DNA of 64,000 nucleotides from an uncultured virus (IMG/VR IMGVR_UViG_3300001765_000069) (lineage: Duplodnaviria > Heunggongvirae > Uroviricota > Caudoviricetes): IMG/VR virus record IMGVR_UViG_3300001765_000069. One strand, 5' to 3'. Under the pieces are notes generated by a model. That model did no database searches. It saw nothing but the letters and a program-made list of their open reading frames with translations, and had not been told where the DNA came from. The position numbers and the translations under genes were made by a program. Positions 45,911 to 55,282 of the stretch are shown here, piece after piece (within the stretch, counting starts at the first letter, position 1; the number at the start of each line of letters is the position of its first letter).

Positions 45911-46128
45911 ACGAATATAAAGTAATGTGGGAGATCGACGTGGCCGCAGAGAGTGCGGAGGAAGCGGCCCGCAAAGCACTTGCGATCATGCGAGACCCGG
46001 AGTCCATGGCCACCGTGTTTGAGGTGGTGAAGCTTATGGTTTACGACAAAGAAGTGGAACCGTGGAAGTATTCGCCGGAACGTATCGACCTGACTGAGAT
46101 TGACGAGGAGAGCGGAGATGCCGGCTAA
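45907..46128 (+). CDS. Small acidic early protein
   Basis: WEIDVAAESAEEAARKA; AAGGAGG RBS. Confidence 0.6.
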   Translation: MNEYKVMWEIDVAAESAEEAARKALAIMRDPESMATVFEVVKLMVYDKEVEPWKYSPERIDLTEIDEESGDAG

Positions 46129-46480
46129 AGCACTCACGTATTCAAACCTAGTGAACGAAATGTTCACCGAAGGAGCAGTAAAGAAAGTCTTGGATCGTCA
46201 CGGTATTCCTGAAAGCGAAGAACTCCGGCAGAAGATGAAAGACTGGGCTGAGCAGAACCTGCATCTGGTAATGGCGGCAACTGGTTACTACTACCGTCAG
46301 CACAACGATCGTGGGGATAAGCACAGGCTTCCATCAACTCTGGATGATCCTGAGGGTAAGTTCTACCTCCCGCCTCACCCGTACCGTCCTGAAGTGTCAG
46401 ACCTACCGTGGCGGAAATACCTTCCGTTCGCTGATTGGGTTTTGGGCCGGACAGTGGTCAAACAGTACCCAACACCTTGA
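46118..46480 (+). CDS. Early hypothetical protein
   Basis: GAGGAG RBS. Confidence 0.55.
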   Translation: MPAKALTYSNLVNEMFTEGAVKKVLDRHGIPESEELRQKMKDWAEQNLHLVMAATGYYYRQHNDRGDKHRLPSTLDDPEGKFYLPPHPYRPEVSDLPWRKYLPFADWVLGRTVVKQYPTP

Positions 46481-46490
46481 GGAGTAAGAC

Positions 46491-46688
46491 ATGAAATTCG
46501 TTCTTGAAATCCAATGCGTTAACGCGGCGTTTGGTGATAGCGATGAGGGCCGCGCCGAGGAAGTCGGCCGCATTCTGGCCGAGACTGCGAAGAAGGTGAG
46601 CGACGGCTTCACCTACGTCTACCTGACCGACATCAATGGCAACACGGTCGGAACTTGTAAATTCAAAGGAGCTAAAGATGGCAACTGA
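46491..46688 (+). CDS. Small early protein
   Basis: NAAF...EVGRIL...DINGNTVG motif; GAGGAG RBS. Confidence 0.65.
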   Translation: MKFVLEIQCVNAAFGDSDEGRAEEVGRILAETAKKVSDGFTYVYLTDINGNTVGTCKFKGAKDGN

Positions 46689-46942
46689 CACATACGGCAA
46701 CTACAGCAGCGAACGCGGTAAGAAGGCTGCAAGCAAGTTCACACGCTTGAAGAAGTTCTTCAAGCGTCGAGAGGACGACAAGAAGCAATTCATGCTGGAG
46801 CAGCGTGAAGATGGGCTTTGGGTGCGTCCAATTCCACACTACGCTAAGTGATCGCCATGCAAACAATAGCCGTAATTTTAGGCGATAACGACTTGTCCGG
46901 AAATATCCGGTCGTATTGACATTTTTGAAGAAAGGAACTGAT

Positions 46943-47218
46943 ATGGAAAACAAGGAACAGCTTGTCGAACAAATGAAGGCCGAGATTCTGGAAGACATGG
47001 AATCTGGACTTGTCCCCACCAACGTCAAGTCGTTCTGTGAATTGCATGACCACCGGGATGCCAACTGCTACGGCGGATTCTGCGACGATGACTTTGCGGA
47101 TGCCCTGATCGAGCACTTCGGTGGCCGTGACGAGCACGAGGGCATGCCTCAGCCCATGCTGGACTTCATCAACGAATGCCAGAACGCGATCGATGTCTGG
47201 TTGAGGGAGCGGACGTGA
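46943..47218 (+). CDS. Strongly acidic small protein
   Basis: 91 aa, about 22 D/E versus 7 K/R; SFCELHDHRDAN motif. Confidence 0.65.
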   Translation: MENKEQLVEQMKAEILEDMESGLVPTNVKSFCELHDHRDANCYGGFCDDDFADALIEHFGGRDEHEGMPQPMLDFINECQNAIDVWLRERT

Positions 47219-47823
47219 GAATTTTGGTCGCTTGCGAATATTCCGGCCGTATCCGAGACGCATTCCTTGCCCGTGGCCACGACGCCATGAGTTGTGACAT
47301 CCTGCCCACCGAGGCGCCCGGGCCGCACCACATCGGAGACATCAGGGAGGTGTTGGACCAAGGTTGGGACTTGATGGTGGCACACCCGCCATGCACCCGC
47401 TTGACCAATGCCGGCGTTCGCTGGCTGAACCATCCGCCGGCCGGCAAAACGGTGGAGGAGATGTGGGCTGACCTTCATATGGCGGCAGCCTTCTACCGCT
47501 TGCTGCGTGACGCACCGATTCCGAAGAAGGCCATCGAGAACCCGGTGATGCATGGTCACGCCAGAGAGTTGGTGAAGCCCGGGCCGCGCCAAATCGTGCA
47601 ACCTTGGTGGTTCGGGGATCCAGCGTTCAAGGCCACCGGGTTCGAATTGATAGGCCTACCGGATCTGAAACCGACCAACAAGCTGACGCCTCCGTTGCCA
47701 TGGATGGCAGAGCACAAGGCGTGGTCGAAAGTCCATCGGGAACCGCCCGGGCCGAACCGATGGAAGAATCGATCCCGGACATTCCCCGGGATCGCCAACG
47801 CAATCGCCTCCCAATGGGGCTGA
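47215..47823 (+). CDS. Short DNA cytosine methyltransferase-like protein
   Basis: ILVACEYSG, AHPPCT (PC motif), IENP, QPWWFG and RSRTFPGIA motifs. Confidence 0.75.
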   Translation: MRILVACEYSGRIRDAFLARGHDAMSCDILPTEAPGPHHIGDIREVLDQGWDLMVAHPPCTRLTNAGVRWLNHPPAGKTVEEMWADLHMAAAFYRLLRDAPIPKKAIENPVMHGHARELVKPGPRQIVQPWWFGDPAFKATGFELIGLPDLKPTNKLTPPLPWMAEHKAWSKVHREPPGPNRWKNRSRTFPGIANAIASQWG

Positions 47824-47854
47824 AATTCTGACATTTTTGAAGAAAGGAACTGAT

Positions 47855-48286
47855 ATGTTTGACCTTCGTGAAGTGACGCTTCGGATATGGAACGTCTACG
47901 GTTGGAACGTGGATGTCGACGGCTACAAGGACATTGCCAAACGCATGGGCCTCCCCCGCTCGGCAGTCCGCTACGGCAGGCAAGTGATCCAGATGGATAT
48001 CGGATTTGCAGTCGTCGCCGGCTGGGTGTCTGATCAACGCGTGGTGGGCATGCTGAGAGGCCTGCCGCTGCATCTGGCACAGTTGATTGTCCGTGTCGAA
48101 ACCAAGCTGAAACGCAAGCTGACTCGGACGCGGCTGGCCAAGCTGATCGCTGCCTACGAGGTGGCCCGAGCCAAACGGCTGGTAGGCTGGGTTCAAGCCC
48201 GGCATCCCCGAATCCAACTCGGGTCCATCGGGAGAGCCCCAGTGTATGTCACCAACTGGCCGGAGGAATACTGCTATGCCGCCTGA
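47855..48286 (+). CDS. Basic early hypothetical protein
   Basis: Starts in the second 29-bp repeat. Confidence 0.55.
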   Translation: MFDLREVTLRIWNVYGWNVDVDGYKDIAKRMGLPRSAVRYGRQVIQMDIGFAVVAGWVSDQRVVGMLRGLPLHLAQLIVRVETKLKRKLTRTRLAKLIAAYEVARAKRLVGWVQARHPRIQLGSIGRAPVYVTNWPEEYCYAA

Positions 48287-48605
48287 TGACCGAATCATCG
48301 ACCCTATCGATGCACGGGATTACTTCCCAGCTAACAATTACAACATCTACTGGACCACGGCGCACCGCCCCTGCATCGCCGAGAAGTACGCCGACGAGTT
48401 GGCCAAGTTTGTGGTCAGTACCAACGACGTGTCTGCGATTGACAAGCTGTACCGAGAGCACCTGGCTGCGATGGATCTGACCGTCGCAGAGGCAGTGATG
48501 TGCCGGGACTTTGGCATGCTGTTCAGCCTCCCGATCGGGAAGCGCGGCGATGCTGTGGCCGCGATGATTCCCTACGAAATCGAAGTGGAAGGAGAAGCGG
48601 CATGA
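48276..48605 (+). CDS. Early hypothetical protein
   Basis: GGAGG RBS. Confidence 0.55.
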   Translation: MPPDDRIIDPIDARDYFPANNYNIYWTTAHRPCIAEKYADELAKFVVSTNDVSAIDKLYREHLAAMDLTVAEAVMCRDFGMLFSLPIGKRGDAVAAMIPYEIEVEGEAA

Positions 48606-48934
48606 GCTACGACAACCCACCACTGGGCACGGTCAACAGCCTGGACGATCTGTTCGACGATATCAGCTACTACCCGATGGTCCCGACTCCTGGTGGAGGC
48701 TCGCACGTCGCCATGCCGAAGGGCTACTGTTTCATTGGCGGCGACGGCTGCATCAACTACGCTGGGCACTTCCGCTGCGGCAAACCGAAGCCGGAAGTCA
48801 CCGCAGCATCGGCCCCCTACGGCCAAAACTACGAAGTCATCCGGCTGCGAGAAGGGCCGCAGCAGGTGTTTGCCCGCGACAACTACTACTGTGGCTCGCC
48901 ACTGGTCGCGGTTATCAGAGGAGAAGCAGCATGA
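48602..48934 (+). CDS. Early hypothetical protein
   Basis: ATGA coupling. Confidence 0.55.
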   Translation: MSYDNPPLGTVNSLDDLFDDISYYPMVPTPGGGSHVAMPKGYCFIGGDGCINYAGHFRCGKPKPEVTAASAPYGQNYEVIRLREGPQQVFARDNYYCGSPLVAVIRGEAA

Positions 48935-49152
48935 CCACTCAACTCTATTACGAGACGGTGCGTGACGGGCTGGTGCCAGTCACGTTTGTGAAGTGGAAGG
49001 ACCACTTGGCTGTGTTGAGGGTGAGTGCGCCAACCCTCTGCTACGAGGCTGGCGAGGAAATCGAGGCAAGTCCGAGGAACGTGGTGACGAAAGCTCAGCC
49101 TGCCGGTGGATTCATCATGGTCAGGCAAGCTGCGCTGCCGAGGAGAAGCTGA
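48931..49152 (+). CDS. Early hypothetical protein
   Basis: ATGA coupling. Confidence 0.5.
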   Translation: MTTQLYYETVRDGLVPVTFVKWKDHLAVLRVSAPTLCYEAGEEIEASPRNVVTKAQPAGGFIMVRQAALPRRS

Positions 49153-49309
49153 GGTGGACCTCAAAGAACGCATGGACAGGGCAGAGTTTGCCCGCATCCA
49201 GAACGAGGCCTTCACTGCCCTGCAAATAAAGGCAAATCAGCCGAACTTAACCTGGACCGAGTGCCTGAAAAAGGCCAAGGAAATTTTGGATCAACCAAGG
49301 AGTTAGAAA

Positions 49310-50143
49310 ATGTCAAACATCAAAACTGTGGTTCACGCTTATTACTTCAATACCAAGAACGCTGAGGAGAAGGTGGCCTACGAGGCACTGTGTGAGAAGT
49401 TGAAAGCGCGTGGTAGCAAGTGCTTTGAAACGTGGGGTGGCGGAAGTAATGGCGGTCACTACCTGCCAAAACTCGACGGCGTTGAAGTCGAGTTGGAAAC
49501 CAAACACCTGTTCGAAAACCAGTGTAACACGGCCCCCATTCCCGGTGTATCTGACAAAGGTTACCGCGTGTTCGACTGGGCACAGGATTACCCGATCAAC
49601 TTTGGTGCCCATATCAAGCGTGGCCACTACCTTGATCTGACCGCTGAAATGATCGAGGTCCGCCACAGTCACAAGAAGTGCGGCTACTGCGGCAACATGC
49701 TGCATGAGTCGGAGGCGAAAGAGTTCTGCGAGAAGTGCACGGATTCTGAATACCTTGAGGAAAAGGATCTGTTCCTGACCCGGATGAAGCGGATTGACGA
49801 CGTGACCCGGATGAAGCCCTTGCTCGACGTTGAGAAGGATTATCTGATTCCCAGGTTTCGTGAGGCGCAGTTGCACGGATCCACGGCTCGAGGCAAGGCC
49901 CGCATCGCCAAGGAGCGGGCTGACCTCCTTGCCGAGCGTGACAAGACCATCAAGGTCGCCAACATCAAGTACGACGGGATGATTTGGCTGATGGATCACG
50001 GCGTAAGCACCGGCAACGTCATCTATTACTCCCACACGAACACGTTCTCGTTTGGGTGGAGAAAGCCCATCGACAAGGGGATTGTCGATGACCTTCACAA
50101 GCTGATGGAAGGCTTCCCGTTTGAGTACGAGGTGAAATCATGA
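49310..50143 (+). CDS. Early protein with a CxxC...CxxC zinc ribbon
   Basis: CGYCG...CEKC; CCAAGGAG RBS. Confidence 0.7.
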   Translation: MSNIKTVVHAYYFNTKNAEEKVAYEALCEKLKARGSKCFETWGGGSNGGHYLPKLDGVEVELETKHLFENQCNTAPIPGVSDKGYRVFDWAQDYPINFGAHIKRGHYLDLTAEMIEVRHSHKKCGYCGNMLHESEAKEFCEKCTDSEYLEEKDLFLTRMKRIDDVTRMKPLLDVEKDYLIPRFREAQLHGSTARGKARIAKERADLLAERDKTIKVANIKYDGMIWLMDHGVSTGNVIYYSHTNTFSFGWRKPIDKGIVDDLHKLMEGFPFEYEVKS

Positions 50144-51236
50144 AAATCAACGGCAGCCATTTGTACGACGTGATTGCCAAGCTTGGTGACATTGTTCGCC
50201 CAGATTACTCCGAGGCGACCGTTACGGTAGGTGAGGTCGACGGGGTTGTTTACCGCATCCAAGCCATCTCAGCCCACAAGGCTGAGGACATGGACGTCAC
50301 TGATATTCCTGACTGGGCCTTGTGCGTGATGGAGGACATGTCATGAAAAAGTTTCTGGTAACTGTCCAGCGTCCCACGTTCGAATCCATCCAACTCACGG
50401 TGGAGGCTGACGACGAGGCATATGCAACTGAGAAATCGCTTGTTTTGGCCCCCAATACTCCAGCGATGCTGTGGTCTTCCGACGACACCTACCACGAGAA
50501 GGCTGACTACAAAGCCATCATCGTTGAGGAGTTGAAATGACCACCGAATGCTATTACAGCGCCTGCCCTCACCACTCGATCCACGAAGAGCAGGACGACG
50601 GCCCGTTCTGTTTCGAGGCTGAGTGCAAGGCCACTCCTGACCAGCTTGAAGAGTACGGACGCAAGCGCAGTCTGGAACGCCTCAAGGCCAAGGGTTACAC
50701 CGAGGAAGACCTTGAAATGTCCAACCCCTACAACCAATGGATGTCGGAGGAATCATGAGATACCAGTTTACCGTATTGATGTCATACCCGGACTACGCGA
50801 CGGACAACTACGGCGAGGACACCTACCTTGCCCACGTTGATGCGAAGAGTCCAGAGGAAGCTGTCAAGGTTGCCCAAGGTTTCGCGTTTGCCAGTTACTT
50901 GGATGGCATGGAAATTGAGGACATCTTCGGTAATGCCGAGGACTTCAGAGTGCTCGGCATGTTCGACGGGCACCTTGTCGACCTGGCAGCGGGCCTGGCA
51001 TGAGCGGGCCAAAACTCTTGTGGAGGGATCGCCGGCAGATTTTTTCCGGGGATCCAGCATGGATCGAGTGGCGCCCCAAGCTCCAGGTTTGGGATGCGTT
51101 CCGAGGTCAGGATGCTATGGCCGACTGGGGTCCAGCCCGCTGGGCATCGATACCGGTGCTGCGAACGCCCTGCCTTCTGGACGCAGTGGCATTTGTGCTC
51201 AGTCCTCACCGTAAGGTGGGTCGGACGGGCTTTTAA
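50140..51236 (+). CDS. Run of five small coupled early ORFs (50140-50346, 50343-50540, 50537-50758, 50755-51003, 51000-51236)
   Basis: Successive ATGA overlaps, most with GAGG-type RBS; mostly acidic products. Confidence 0.6.
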
Positions 51237-51430
51237 CTTTGACAGTAGAACTCTCCAAAGGCTTTAGCAGCGAAAGACTCGTAGGCTGCGCCTGTCAAAG
51301 GATCGTAATTGAACAGTTCTTTTAACCGAGTTTGAGTAATCATTTGAAGCCCCAATAGCTGTTTGAAAGGTGCCGGTAATCCGCCGATTGGGGCGGCGGA
51401 AAGGGTTGCAACCCCTGTCCCGGCTGGATT
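51237..51430 (+). ncRNA. Candidate structured RNA leader (multi-stem, possible kissing loop)
   Basis: Five complementary stems plus GCCCCAAT/ATTGGGGC loop-loop complementarity, read by eye. Confidence 0.45.
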
Positions 51431-51453
51431 AATTTACTACGAAAGGAGCCATC

Positions 51454-51981
51454 ATGGGCTGGTTAGGAAATTGGAACACCCGCAAGGAATTGATCGACCA
51501 CCTCACCATCGGGAACGGTGTTGTAACGCTGAAACATTGCCTTGTTGGGAATAATTGCTGGGCCATTCAGGAAGGAAAGAAGTCGGACGGAACAGTGGTC
51601 CGGTTCATTGCCCTCTATCTGTTGAGGGGCATGGATCAGTACAACAAGCGCACTGGGGAATATCGCCCGAATGGCGGATGGCTTTACAAAGACATGGGCG
51701 AGACGGCTGGCCCGAACGAGGTTAGCTGCCCCGCCTCGTACCTCGATCTGGTTCCCGATCCGCAGCTGGGCTACTCCACCGAGTGGCGCAAGAAGGTTCT
51801 GGAGCGGGCCGAGCGTGGCAGGCGCCAACTGAAACCTGGGCAGAAGATCAAGCTGTACGGCAAAGAGTACACCGTGCAGGACAAGCGGCCATGCCGCATG
51901 GGGTACACGATCAGCAATGGTTACAACGTCTACCGGCTGAAGACGTCTCAGGTTAAAAACGTGGAGGTGCTAAGTGCGTGA
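51454..51981 (+). CDS. DUF6927-like protein
   Basis: MGW start; YKDMGETAGP...CPASYLDL...EWR motif. Confidence 0.6.
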   Translation: MGWLGNWNTRKELIDHLTIGNGVVTLKHCLVGNNCWAIQEGKKSDGTVVRFIALYLLRGMDQYNKRTGEYRPNGGWLYKDMGETAGPNEVSCPASYLDLVPDPQLGYSTEWRKKVLERAERGRRQLKPGQKIKLYGKEYTVQDKRPCRMGYTISNGYNVYRLKTSQVKNVEVLSA

Positions 51982-52172
51982 ACAGGCCGTGGTGGTCCAG
52001 TCCCACCGGACCAAGTGGAAGAAGAATCCCATCTCCGGCCACGAGTGGCCGGAGATCACGCTGATCCAACGCTGGCACATCAGCGGAGGCCAGTGCCCAA
52101 CTGAGTTCAATAGCGAGCAGGCTGCGCAGGACCACTGCGACTTTATCAACAAGGTGAGAAATGGAGGTTTCG

Positions 52173-52805
52173 ATGACAGAACATGAAGCAAAACTGATTA
52201 CCGGCGGACTGTCCCACCCATCCAAGATGCCTTGTCCGGCATTCAGCCTGCCGGCGTCAGCCTGCAAGACCGGCGCCAAGCTGGCGCAGCAGGATGGCAC
52301 GGTGTGCAGCAAGTGTTATGCCGACGGGAGGGGGAACTACCGCTTCCCGGTCGTGAAGAACTCGCTGCAGCGCCGGTTGGATCTGCTGAATTACTGGATG
52401 AAGGAGGATCCCCGTGAGTGGGTGGAGGCATTCAAAACGATGCTCAGCAACTTACGCTTCTTCCGGTGGCATGACTCTGGGGACGTACAAGGCAAGCCTC
52501 ACCTCAACGCCCTGGTCGCGATCGCTGAGGCCTTGCCCGATACGAAGTTCTGGCTGCCGACGCATGAGGTCTGGGTTGGCAAGTTAGCACTGGCTGATCA
52601 CTGGCCACCGAATCTGTTGGTCCGGATGTCCGCGTCGAAACTGGATGGCCCAGCCCACAAGTTCGCCACGCATACCTCGACCGTCCACAAGCATACCGGA
52701 CTGGGCAACAGTCCCTGTCCCGCCCCTTCACAGGGCAACCAATGCGGGGAATGCCGCAAGTGTTGGGATCGAGATGTTCCCAATATTGCTTATCACTACC
52801 ACTAG
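52173..52805 (+). CDS. GP88-like Cys-rich protein (radical-SAM-like Fe-S motif)
   Basis: SKMPC...FSLPA..C...CSKCYA, FRWHDSGD, CPA...CGECRKCW. Confidence 0.7.
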   Translation: MTEHEAKLITGGLSHPSKMPCPAFSLPASACKTGAKLAQQDGTVCSKCYADGRGNYRFPVVKNSLQRRLDLLNYWMKEDPREWVEAFKTMLSNLRFFRWHDSGDVQGKPHLNALVAIAEALPDTKFWLPTHEVWVGKLALADHWPPNLLVRMSASKLDGPAHKFATHTSTVHKHTGLGNSPCPAPSQGNQCGECRKCWDRDVPNIAYHYH

Positions 52806-52808
52806 ATG

Positions 52809-52837
52809 TTGACACATTTAATGATAGTGCCTAATGT
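52809..52837 (+). promoter_or_regulatory. Sigma70-like promoter
   Basis: TTGACA-17 bp-TAATGT. Confidence 0.65.
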
Positions 52838-52863
52838 GTACCTTTCAACGTAAGGAGTTAGAG

Positions 52864-53256
52864 ATGAAAAATATGAACGTGTTTGATTCTGGATTGAAGA
52901 TTGCCGAGACCTCTGAAGGGTTTGAGATCGGCAGCCATGACAACTACTGGGCCGTCATCCCTTATGAGGCTACTCGACTGCTCTTCGACCTGAAGCCGGT
53001 CAATCACGGGGTGATTACTATCAACAAGTGGGTCAGTGGTGACGGTGAGGTTTGGGTGGAGGTATCACGTGAACAAAACCGCATCATGATCCATGTTGCA
53101 GGCGCCTCGCATACGTTGATGGGAGAGGAGATGAAAGACCTCCGCAAAATCATCCTCGGAGGCTACTCTTACAACTCTGCATATGAACCACCGGTCGAGG
53201 TAGTTGCGGCTGAAAAGCTGGTGATTCCTGAACTGGAGGCAGCATGCCCAGCGTGA
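52864..53256 (+). CDS. Hypothetical protein
   Basis: TAAGGAG RBS after the promoter. Confidence 0.6.
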   Translation: MKNMNVFDSGLKIAETSEGFEIGSHDNYWAVIPYEATRLLFDLKPVNHGVITINKWVSGDGEVWVEVSREQNRIMIHVAGASHTLMGEEMKDLRKIILGGYSYNSAYEPPVEVVAAEKLVIPELEAACPA

Positions 53257-53287
53257 TCGAGGTAGTAGCCGAACACGAGGAGGAAGT

Positions 53288-53572
53288 ATGTCCAGCGTGA
53301 GTGAGATGATGTTTGCCGACAAGCTGGATGAGATCGAAATCCAGCTGGCCTCGCCCCTCGGGGCTGAGGCTTTCGTCTACGACAGCCTGCCGGACCACAA
53401 CGACGTGCTGGGCAAGATTCTGTGCCAGTACGCCAACCTGAAGTCCGACGCCGAGTTTGCACTGGCCGTGCGGTCGACACTGAGTGACGTCATTGCCGGC
53501 ATCGCCAAGCATCGCTCCGATCGTACTGAACCCACTGACAGCATGGTGGAGGAGGCTGAGTATGCGGCTTAG
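53288..53572 (+). CDS. Acidic hypothetical protein
   Basis: GAGGAGG RBS. Confidence 0.6.
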   Translation: MSSVSEMMFADKLDEIEIQLASPLGAEAFVYDSLPDHNDVLGKILCQYANLKSDAEFALAVRSTLSDVIAGIAKHRSDRTEPTDSMVEEAEYAA

Positions 53573-53768
53573 TTCACTGCTCGTACTGATGGGGGCCGTG
53601 GTCCTGGTTGCGGCCGTAGCCCACTCAGTGGGATTTGCAGAGGGCATGGCAGCCAGACACGAACACATGCCCTGCTCTGCAGGCCCCGGAGAAATCAGCC
53701 ACCTCGACGAGCGTGGCTTTTGTGCAGTGACCCGCAAGGGTCGTGTTGTTACTCGTTACCAAACCTGA
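53562..53768 (+). CDS. Small membrane/secreted protein
   Basis: N-terminal hydrophobic segment; GGAGG RBS. Confidence 0.5.
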   Translation: MRLSSLLVLMGAVVLVAAVAHSVGFAEGMAARHEHMPCSAGPGEISHLDERGFCAVTRKGRVVTRYQT

Positions 53769-53779
53769 AAGGATTAGCC

Positions 53780-54007
53780 ATGATTAAATCAAACGTGAGT
53801 TCCAGCAACATCGACACCATAGGTTACGAGAAAGGCGACCTCTTCATCCGCTTCAAGAAGAACGGCAGGGTTTATGCTTATCGCAATGTCAGCTTAGCTA
53901 CCTTCTTCTCCCTGAAGGCCGCAGAAAGTGCGGGCAAGTTCTTTAACAGAGCCATAAAACCGCACTACTCTTGCGAAGAGTTGAGTTACGATCCGTTTGT
54001 AGCCTGA
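53780..54007 (+). CDS. KTSC domain protein
   Basis: VSSSNIDTIGY...LFIRF...Y.Y.NV...AESAGKFFNRAIK. Confidence 0.88.
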   Translation: MIKSNVSSSNIDTIGYEKGDLFIRFKKNGRVYAYRNVSLATFFSLKAAESAGKFFNRAIKPHYSCEELSYDPFVA

Positions 54008-54068
54008 AGTTAGTGTGTTACCGGCCGGGAGGCACCCGGAACAAATGCGGAAACGCAGGAGATGCAGC

Positions 54069-54374
54069 ATGAGCACCTATAGAATGGATGACGGAACCAT
54101 CGTCAAAACAGAGAACGCCACCCACACGTGGAAAGAAGACACGAACTGGGATGGCAACAACTGGATCAGCGTGGCCACTGGCAGCCAGTGGCATCACCAG
54201 AAGCTGCACCGAAGCAAGAAAGGCCGCTACTGGATTGAGCACACCAGCAATTGGCAGGGGTCGCAGGACAGGGCTGAATGGGTCAGTAACCGGGCCGCGG
54301 TAGCCTGGCTGCTGACTAACGACCGTGAAATCCCTGAAGAGCTTCAGTCACTCGTGGACGAAGTCGAAGAGTAA
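54069..54374 (+). CDS. Hypothetical protein
   Basis: AGGAG RBS; Trp-rich. Confidence 0.6.
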   Translation: MSTYRMDDGTIVKTENATHTWKEDTNWDGNNWISVATGSQWHHQKLHRSKKGRYWIEHTSNWQGSQDRAEWVSNRAAVAWLLTNDREIPEELQSLVDEVEE

Positions 54375-54418
54375 CCCAACGTGTCGCGTGACAGGCGGCA
54401 CACAATGAAAGGATTAGC

Positions 54419-54877
54419 ATGAACATCTACTCACCCAAACCCATCGAAGATTATCGCGATCGGTTCGGTTCTCTCAGCCAGATGCTGACCGAGGACGTGG
54501 CCGGCTGGAACATGATCTGGCTGTCGCTGCCCACAGCGGATCTGATACTTGACCTCAGCGTCTCGATTAAGGACTTCACTGCACAGTTCAACTTGAGGGC
54601 GGCAGGAGCTGTGATGGCACTGGCCTCGTTCTACAACGACGAAGGCAAGCAAATCTCAACCTTCATGGAGCCGTCACCGGTCAAGTTTGTGCAAGACTTG
54701 CAGGACCACTACGACCTTGCCGGCTCCAAATGCTGGGAGATTCTTGGCGGGCAATCCTGGGTTGACACCATGGTGGCTCGTGCTTATGAGTCAGAGGGCA
54801 AGTCGGACATCTTCCAGGCTGCCAAGCAGTCCGCCAACGTGATCATCGCCGACTTCGGCCTGAAGCGCCGCGTCTAA
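54419..54877 (+). CDS. Hypothetical protein
   Basis: AAAGGA RBS. Confidence 0.6.
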   Translation: MNIYSPKPIEDYRDRFGSLSQMLTEDVAGWNMIWLSLPTADLILDLSVSIKDFTAQFNLRAAGAVMALASFYNDEGKQISTFMEPSPVKFVQDLQDHYDLAGSKCWEILGGQSWVDTMVARAYESEGKSDIFQAAKQSANVIIADFGLKRRV

Positions 54878-54961
54878 GTCAACGGGCCACCCACTCAACC
54901 TCAACCAAAAGGAGAGGCTGGTGCAGGGATGCCGGGAGGCCCACCCAATTGAGGATATGGA

Positions 54962-55282
54962 ATGAGCCAAGGAACGCCGTGTTATTCGCAGTTGGACTGC
55001 GTGGAGAGATTGCTGGCCGAGAGCCAGGCACGCGAAGAGCGTCTCCGGGACGCGTTAAAGATTATCCAGCTGAGGCCGTGGCACTCACAGGTACGTGACA
55101 GAGCCACGATAGCGCTGGAGATACCATTTGATGGCACCGCACTTAAACGAGCCAAGCAAGAGGTGCTGCTGGCTGCAGCGCATGCCTGTGAAAACCTACC
55201 CAACCGTTTCCGCACCGAATTCGACAAGGTGTCGGTCGAATGTGCGGAGATGATCCGCAAAATGGCAAAGGATTTGAAATGA
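54962..55282 (+). CDS. Hypothetical protein
   Basis: GAGGA RBS; helical. Confidence 0.5.
   Translation: MSQGTPCYSQLDCVERLLAESQAREERLRDALKIIQLRPWHSQVRDRATIALEIPFDGTALKRAKQEVLLAAAHACENLPNRFRTEFDKVSVECAEMIRKMAKDLK

Larger units (their letters stand above)
46917..47857 (+). repeat. 29-bp perfect direct repeats bounding a two-gene cassette
   Basis: TGACATTTTTGAAGAAAGGAACTGATATG at 46917-46945 and 47829-47857. Confidence 0.9.

Noticed and set aside
51361..51430. Cobalamin riboswitch, C4 RNA or tRNA identity for the 51.3 kb structure
   Set aside because: Only a T-loop-like hairpin is shared. B12 box, cloverleaf and CCA end were not found, so it is left as an unassigned candidate.
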